The notes under the pieces are model-generated. The model ran no database searches. It had not been told where the DNA came from and saw only the letters and a program-made list of their open reading frames with translations. From positions 1,173-65,172 of the forward strand of contig JAQWAE010000010.1 of assembly GCA_028707815.1 (NCBI GenBank): a stretch of DNA of 64,000 nt, written 5' to 3'. This document shows, in pieces, positions 59,563 through 64,000 of this stretch. The stretch is from Bacteroidales bacterium (GTDB lineage: Bacteria > Bacteroidota > Bacteroidia > Bacteroidales > BM520). The position numbers and the translations under genes are program-made. Position 1 is the first letter of the stretch; every line of letters begins with the position of its first letter.

Positions 59563-62500
59563 ATGTTAAGTATTCGTTCAACATTACTTTTTATCTTATT
59601 GGCAGTGTGTATTAATATTAATGTTAAAGCACAATTATACATCAACGAGATAATGCCATGTAATGTTTCATCTATACTTGATGACACAGAAAATTACAGC
59701 GGTTGGCTTGAAGTATACAATGCAGGAGGCAGTGCTGTAACTCTCACCGGATATTATTTTACGGACATTTTAACTAATTTGACTCAATATAAAATAGTTG
59801 CTGACGTAACGATAGCTGCAGGCGGTTATTCTACTTTTTGGTTTGGTAGAAATTCTTTAAGTTCAAATCATGTAGATTTCAAATTAAAGCCTGAAGGAGG
59901 ATTAATAGTATTAGTTAATTCTTCGCAGCAAGTAGTTTCGCAGATGCTTTATCCGGCGCAGTATCCCGACATATCGTACGGTTGTACTTCAGACGGTGGA
60001 AGCACAAGCAACTATTTTGTATCACACAGCTTTGGTGTCACCAACAACAACTCGCAGACGGCAGACAGTCCCTGCGCCGCGCCAAGTTTTTCGCTCGAAG
60101 GCGGCTTTTACTCATCAACAGTCTATATATCAATGAGTTGTTCTATATCTGGAGCAAATATTTACTATACACTTGATGGTTCTGAGCCAACAGAAGCAAG
60201 CACGGCTTATTCTTCGCCAATAACAGTAACCTCCGGTATCCGCACAATACGCGCAAGAACATTTGCCGGCGGCTATCTGCCAAGCGACATTGTAACTCAG
60301 ACGTTTTTTATAAACTCACGACAGCCCGAAATACACGCTATATCAATAGTTACCGATGATGACAATCTTGTCAACCTCAACGGAGACATTGACAGACCGG
60401 TTAATATTGAATTGTATTATGATGGCACCCAGCAGCTAAATAAACGACTTGACATTTCATCTGAAACCGATTTAGCCGACAATCCGACAGTAAAAGCCAT
60501 CAAACTCATTGCCGACAAAAAGTACGGCAGCAACCGTATTCTTTACGAATTTTTTGCCTCGAAGCCCGGAAGAAGATATAAAAGTTTATTACTCAGAAAT
60601 TCAGGTCAAGACTCTCAACACTCGATGTTGTTAGACGGCATGAGCCAAACACTTGCCACGGCATTAGTTGACATTGATTGCCAAGGTTATTTGCCGGCAA
60701 CTGTTTACATCAACGGTAATTATTGTGGCATGATTAACATACGAGAAAGGAACAACCGCTATTTTGCAGACTCTAACTATGGTATAGACGAAGAAAGTCT
60801 TTACTTTGTCGAAATTCCATACGCCGGCGCAACTTATCTCGAAGGTCTGACAGGCTCTGTTGATGAATTTGAATCTATGTATGATTATATTACCGGCAAC
60901 AACATGAGCAACAGCTCTAATTATCAACAGGCATGCCAATTAATAGACATAGACGCTTTCATCAATTACACCGTTTTACAGCTTTTCGTTTACAGTCTTG
61001 AAGACTGGCCTACAAACAATTACAAAGCATATAAAACTATTACGGACGGAAAATGGCGGTGGATTACCATAGACCTCGACTTGGGATTTAACATTGACAA
61101 CCTAAATGCAGACGCAATATCCGAATTATTAAACGGCACTTCGTGGCATTCCGAACTTGTAAACTCTTTATTACAAAACGCAGATTTCAAGCAACAGTTT
61201 ATCGACATGTTCAGCGTATACCTCGGTAGCATTTTTTCATCGGACAATATAGACAAAGTTGTAGAAGAAACGGCGGGCGTTATAAGAGACGAGTTTGATT
61301 ATCATGCTCAATATCAATCTTTTACAAACAACTTTGAAACTTATATCTCTAATTTTAAAACTTTTGGTTCTCAAAGAGCCGACAAGGTATACAGTCATCT
61401 TCAATCTCAATTTTCGCTTGGCTCACCAAAAAGCATTACAATTACTACAAATTTAGAAGATTACTATAATCAACAAGATGAATTACAAGGTATTAGGATT
61501 TTCATCAACGGCATTGCCGTACCGACCAACACTTTCTCCGGCAAATACTATCAAAATTCAACTGTAAGCCTGTCGGCGGTTGCTCCTAAGGGCTACACTT
61601 TCAATAATTGGACAGATGTGTCGGGAAATATTGTTTCTACTAATGCTGATTATGAATTTACGATTACCCAAGATGTCAACTTGACAGCAAACTTTAAGTC
61701 ATCTGAAAATTACAGTTTATACAAGCTATATATCAATGAGGTATGCGCTTCGAACAGTATTTTCATTGACAACTATGATGGTCGTGATGATTGGATTGAG
61801 ATATACAACGGCAGCAATTTCGCCATTGACCTTGGTGGCATGTATATCAGTGACGACAGAGAAGATTTAACCAAGTGTCAGATTCCGGAAGGTTATTCTG
61901 ATGAGACTACGATAGAGCCATACAGTTACAAGATTATCTGGGCGGATTCGGAGCCGGAACAGGGACCGCTGCATGCAGAGTTCAACCTGTCTTCTACGAA
62001 AGCTGAAACCGTGAGCTTGTCGATGGCAATAAACGGCAGTTTAAAAGTCATTGACAGTCTGACGTACGCATTGGGAGCAAACACTTTCGGACGTTTTCCC
62101 GATGGAAGCACGAAGCTTTATTCTTTCTACAACGCCTCATTCGGCAACATGAATATTTCAAATTCCGCAGACGAATTTTGTTGCACCGACACCTATTTTC
62201 CCAATAACAACGGCGAACCATATATGTCGCTCAGCAACTACATTTTAGACTTTGGCACTGATGAGCGAGTATTAGGTCTGTATATCAACAACTTAAGCAA
62301 CAGCGAAACTTTGAATTGGGTTAGTAGCGGCAACAGCGAAAGTTACGAGTTGTCTGCAACATCAGGCACAATTTCGCCACAAGGCAGAGAATATGTAGAA
62401 ATCACCATCGACAGAGAAAATTTCTCAGATGATTTGAATGAAGTCGTTTATTTCACCGGTGGCGATATAACCTTAGGATTGACCATAATAGCGACTAATG

Positions 62501-62763
62501 AAATCATAGGAATAGAAGAAAACGAAATAGAAAACATCAAGATTTATCCAAATCCGGCAGACGACTATTTTTACATCCAAATACCTGTAGATGAAAATCT
62601 TACTATGCAAACATATAATTTGATGGGAAGATTGATGAAGGAAACTAAATTCAATGAAGGAGGAATATATAGAGAAGACATCAGCAATTTACGTTCCGGC
62701 ATATATATAATAAAATTAACATCTACGACTATTTCAAGAAGTATAAAGCTGATAATCAAATAA
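59563..62763 (+). CDS. CotH kinase family protein with lamin-tail (LTD) domains and a T9SS C-terminal sorting domain
   Basis: It has two LTD-like segments (LYINEIMPCN..WLEVYNAG..LTGYYFTD and LYINEVCASN..WIEIYNGS..LGGMYISDD) and a CotH core (LLLRNSGQDSQHSML, VYINGNYCGMINIRER, WRWITIDLDLGF). The C-terminus is IKIYPNPADDYFYIQ..GIYIIKL. Confidence 0.82.
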   Translation: MLSIRSTLLFILLAVCININVKAQLYINEIMPCNVSSILDDTENYSGWLEVYNAGGSAVTLTGYYFTDILTNLTQYKIVADVTIAAGGYSTFWFGRNSLSSNHVDFKLKPEGGLIVLVNSSQQVVSQMLYPAQYPDISYGCTSDGGSTSNYFVSHSFGVTNNNSQTADSPCAAPSFSLEGGFYSSTVYISMSCSISGANIYYTLDGSEPTEASTAYSSPITVTSGIRTIRARTFAGGYLPSDIVTQTFFINSRQPEIHAISIVTDDDNLVNLNGDIDRPVNIELYYDGTQQLNKRLDISSETDLADNPTVKAIKLIADKKYGSNRILYEFFASKPGRRYKSLLLRNSGQDSQHSMLLDGMSQTLATALVDIDCQGYLPATVYINGNYCGMINIRERNNRYFADSNYGIDEESLYFVEIPYAGATYLEGLTGSVDEFESMYDYITGNNMSNSSNYQQACQLIDIDAFINYTVLQLFVYSLEDWPTNNYKAYKTITDGKWRWITIDLDLGFNIDNLNADAISELLNGTSWHSELVNSLLQNADFKQQFIDMFSVYLGSIFSSDNIDKVVEETAGVIRDEFDYHAQYQSFTNNFETYISNFKTFGSQRADKVYSHLQSQFSLGSPKSITITTNLEDYYNQQDELQGIRIFINGIAVPTNTFSGKYYQNSTVSLSAVAPKGYTFNNWTDVSGNIVSTNADYEFTITQDVNLTANFKSSENYSLYKLYINEVCASNSIFIDNYDGRDDWIEIYNGSNFAIDLGGMYISDDREDLTKCQIPEGYSDETTIEPYSYKIIWADSEPEQGPLHAEFNLSSTKAETVSLSMAINGSLKVIDSLTYALGANTFGRFPDGSTKLYSFYNASFGNMNISNSADEFCCTDTYFPNNNGEPYMSLSNYILDFGTDERVLGLYINNLSNSETLNWVSSGNSESYELSATSGTISPQGREYVEITIDRENFSDDLNEVVYFTGGDITLGLTIIATNEIIGIEENEIENIKIYPNPADDYFYIQIPVDENLTMQTYNLMGRLMKETKFNEGGIYREDISNLRSGIYIIKLTSTTISRSIKLIIK

Positions 62764-62772
62764 TTACAAAAT

Positions 62773-63489
62773 ATGAAAACAAAAACAATTGTTTTTTTAA
62801 TTCTATCGGTACTTTCCGCAATATTAGTATCCTGCAACGTTGGCGAGGGCGAAGGCGGGACGGGTTCTGTTGAAGGTTATGTAAAATTAGTTTTACACCC
62901 AGACGACAACTACTCATTAAATGCAGATACTGTAGCTGCAAGTAAAACTGATGTCTTTATCAAATATGGTGACAATGATTACTTTGATGATGATATAGAA
63001 ACTGATGAGACAGGTTTTTACCGTTTCAAATATTTACGTCCCGGAGAATATACGGTATTTGCCTACTCAAAATTACCCGATGACAACAAAGTAGCTGTAA
63101 GTGAGACCATTAACATCACAAGAGGAGAAGAAGGTATTGTCGGCGACATTTACATTCATGACGGCAAATCATACAACACATCATTAATCAAGGGATATGT
63201 ATATGCCACTTATTACGACAAAGGAGATGTTGTAGGCATAGGTTGGGCTTATGAACAAAGAGTTTACATAAAACGTCAGGGTGAAGATTTCTATTTTGAT
63301 GACGTAAGAGTTAGCTCAGACGGCGTTTTTATATTTCAAAAATTAGAAGTCGGGATTTATGAAATTTACACCATTTCGTATGACCCTGACACAGAAGTTC
63401 CGTCAATTGTATCAAAAACGATAGAAGTAACCGAGCCGGAGCAAATATACGAAATAGAAGAAATATTTTATATAAACATCATAGTATAA
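62773..63489 (+). CDS. Lipoprotein with a carboxypeptidase-regulatory-like beta-sandwich
   Basis: It has a lipobox (LSAILVSCN) and ETGFYRFKYLRPGEYTVFAYS. It starts 9 nt after the CotH gene. Confidence 0.6.
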   Translation: MKTKTIVFLILSVLSAILVSCNVGEGEGGTGSVEGYVKLVLHPDDNYSLNADTVAASKTDVFIKYGDNDYFDDDIETDETGFYRFKYLRPGEYTVFAYSKLPDDNKVAVSETINITRGEEGIVGDIYIHDGKSYNTSLIKGYVYATYYDKGDVVGIGWAYEQRVYIKRQGEDFYFDDVRVSSDGVFIFQKLEVGIYEIYTISYDPDTEVPSIVSKTIEVTEPEQIYEIEEIFYINIIV

Positions 63490-63574
63490 CATCAACAGTA
63501 GAAAAATTTATGTGACAGATGTTGTAAAATAAATCTGTCTAAGAGTTCAATATATTTGTAAAAATAAAACACGT

Positions 63575-64000
63575 ATGAAACGAATTAATCATCTGTTACT
63601 AATCTTTATAGCGATAGTAACAACTTTACCGGCTTTTTCGCAGGAAGCCTCACAATCGACGTTAGACAAAAGAGAGCGTAAAAGAAATATGACAGTAAAA
63701 GAGTGGAATACAAATGTAGGAAAAGAAGTTCCATTTTTAGACCACGTAACGACTTATAACGGTTACGGGCAAAAAATTGAGGAGATAGAATACGCCACTT
63801 ACGGACAGAAATCCCGAATAACCTTTGAGTATCAAGATTCTACGAGCAAGTGCATCCGCGAGGTCGAATACAACGACAGAGATAAAGTTGTACGTATCCG
63901 CAAGATAGAATATTACGAAGACGGCACAAAAAAGAAACAATACAATTACTATCCCAACGGTAAATTAGAATCGGTAAAAGACTACGAATATATCTTTAAA
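63575..64000 (+). CDS. Secreted protein of unknown function, N-terminal part only (runs off the window end)
   Basis: The ATG at 63575 gives MKRINHLLLIFIAIVTTLPAFSQEA (signal peptide). The frame stays open to 64000. It has repeated short beta-hairpin-like Y/E/K-rich units (..IEYATYGQKSRITFEY..VRIRKIEYYEDG..) and is preceded by TAtaTTTG at about 63551. Confidence 0.6.
   Translation, partial: MKRINHLLLIFIAIVTTLPAFSQEASQSTLDKRERKRNMTVKEWNTNVGKEVPFLDHVTTYNGYGQKIEEIEYATYGQKSRITFEYQDSTSKCIREVEYNDRDKVVRIRKIEYYEDGTKKKQYNYYPNGKLESVKDYEYIFK

Overview
AT-rich Bacteroidota-type chromosomal window. Lineage evidence: TAnnTTTG -7 promoter boxes, several proteins with T9SS C-terminal sorting domains, DUF3467 after rpoC, and rpsU-xerC-hpf-tRNA-tuf synteny. 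The backbone is housekeeping. 36.3-53.0 kb holds the minus-strand block rpsU, xerC-like, hpf, tRNA-Thr/Tyr/Gly/Thr, tuf, tRNA-Trp, secE, nusG, rplKAJL, rpoB, rpoC, DUF3467. Elsewhere are recA, nth, an ECF-type sigma factor, a lolE-like permease, a NamZ-like DUF1343 protein, an aminotransferase, prmA, a pncA-like gene, an mtaD-like gene, yebC, a phosphohexomutase and rfbD. The items worth a second look are listed here. (1) 23.8-27.4 kb: a translationally coupled pair. One partner is a PPDK-like ATP-grasp plus phosphohistidine-swivel protein that lacks the PEP/pyruvate barrel. The other is a glycyl-radical-enzyme-type radical SAM activase, yet no glycyl radical enzyme is nearby. This is my best candidate for an undescribed system. 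(2) A large fibrous surface protein running off the left edge carries two arrays of near-identical 54-bp (18-aa) repeats. (3) A palindrome-plus-heptamer repeat module occurs three times around an AAA-ATPase/PD-(D/E)XK gene, a TPR lipoprotein gene and recA. (4) A structured intergenic repeat of about 230-255 bp is present twice. (5) An EF-G paralog has degenerate GTPase motifs. (6) tatA and a rhomboid protease gene are divergent neighbours. (7) A HipBA-type toxin-antitoxin pair. (8) A T9SS cargo cluster at 53-63.5 kb includes a CotH-kinase/LTD protein and a gene interrupted by a single in-frame TAA. No CRISPR array, rRNA, transposase or prophage was seen.
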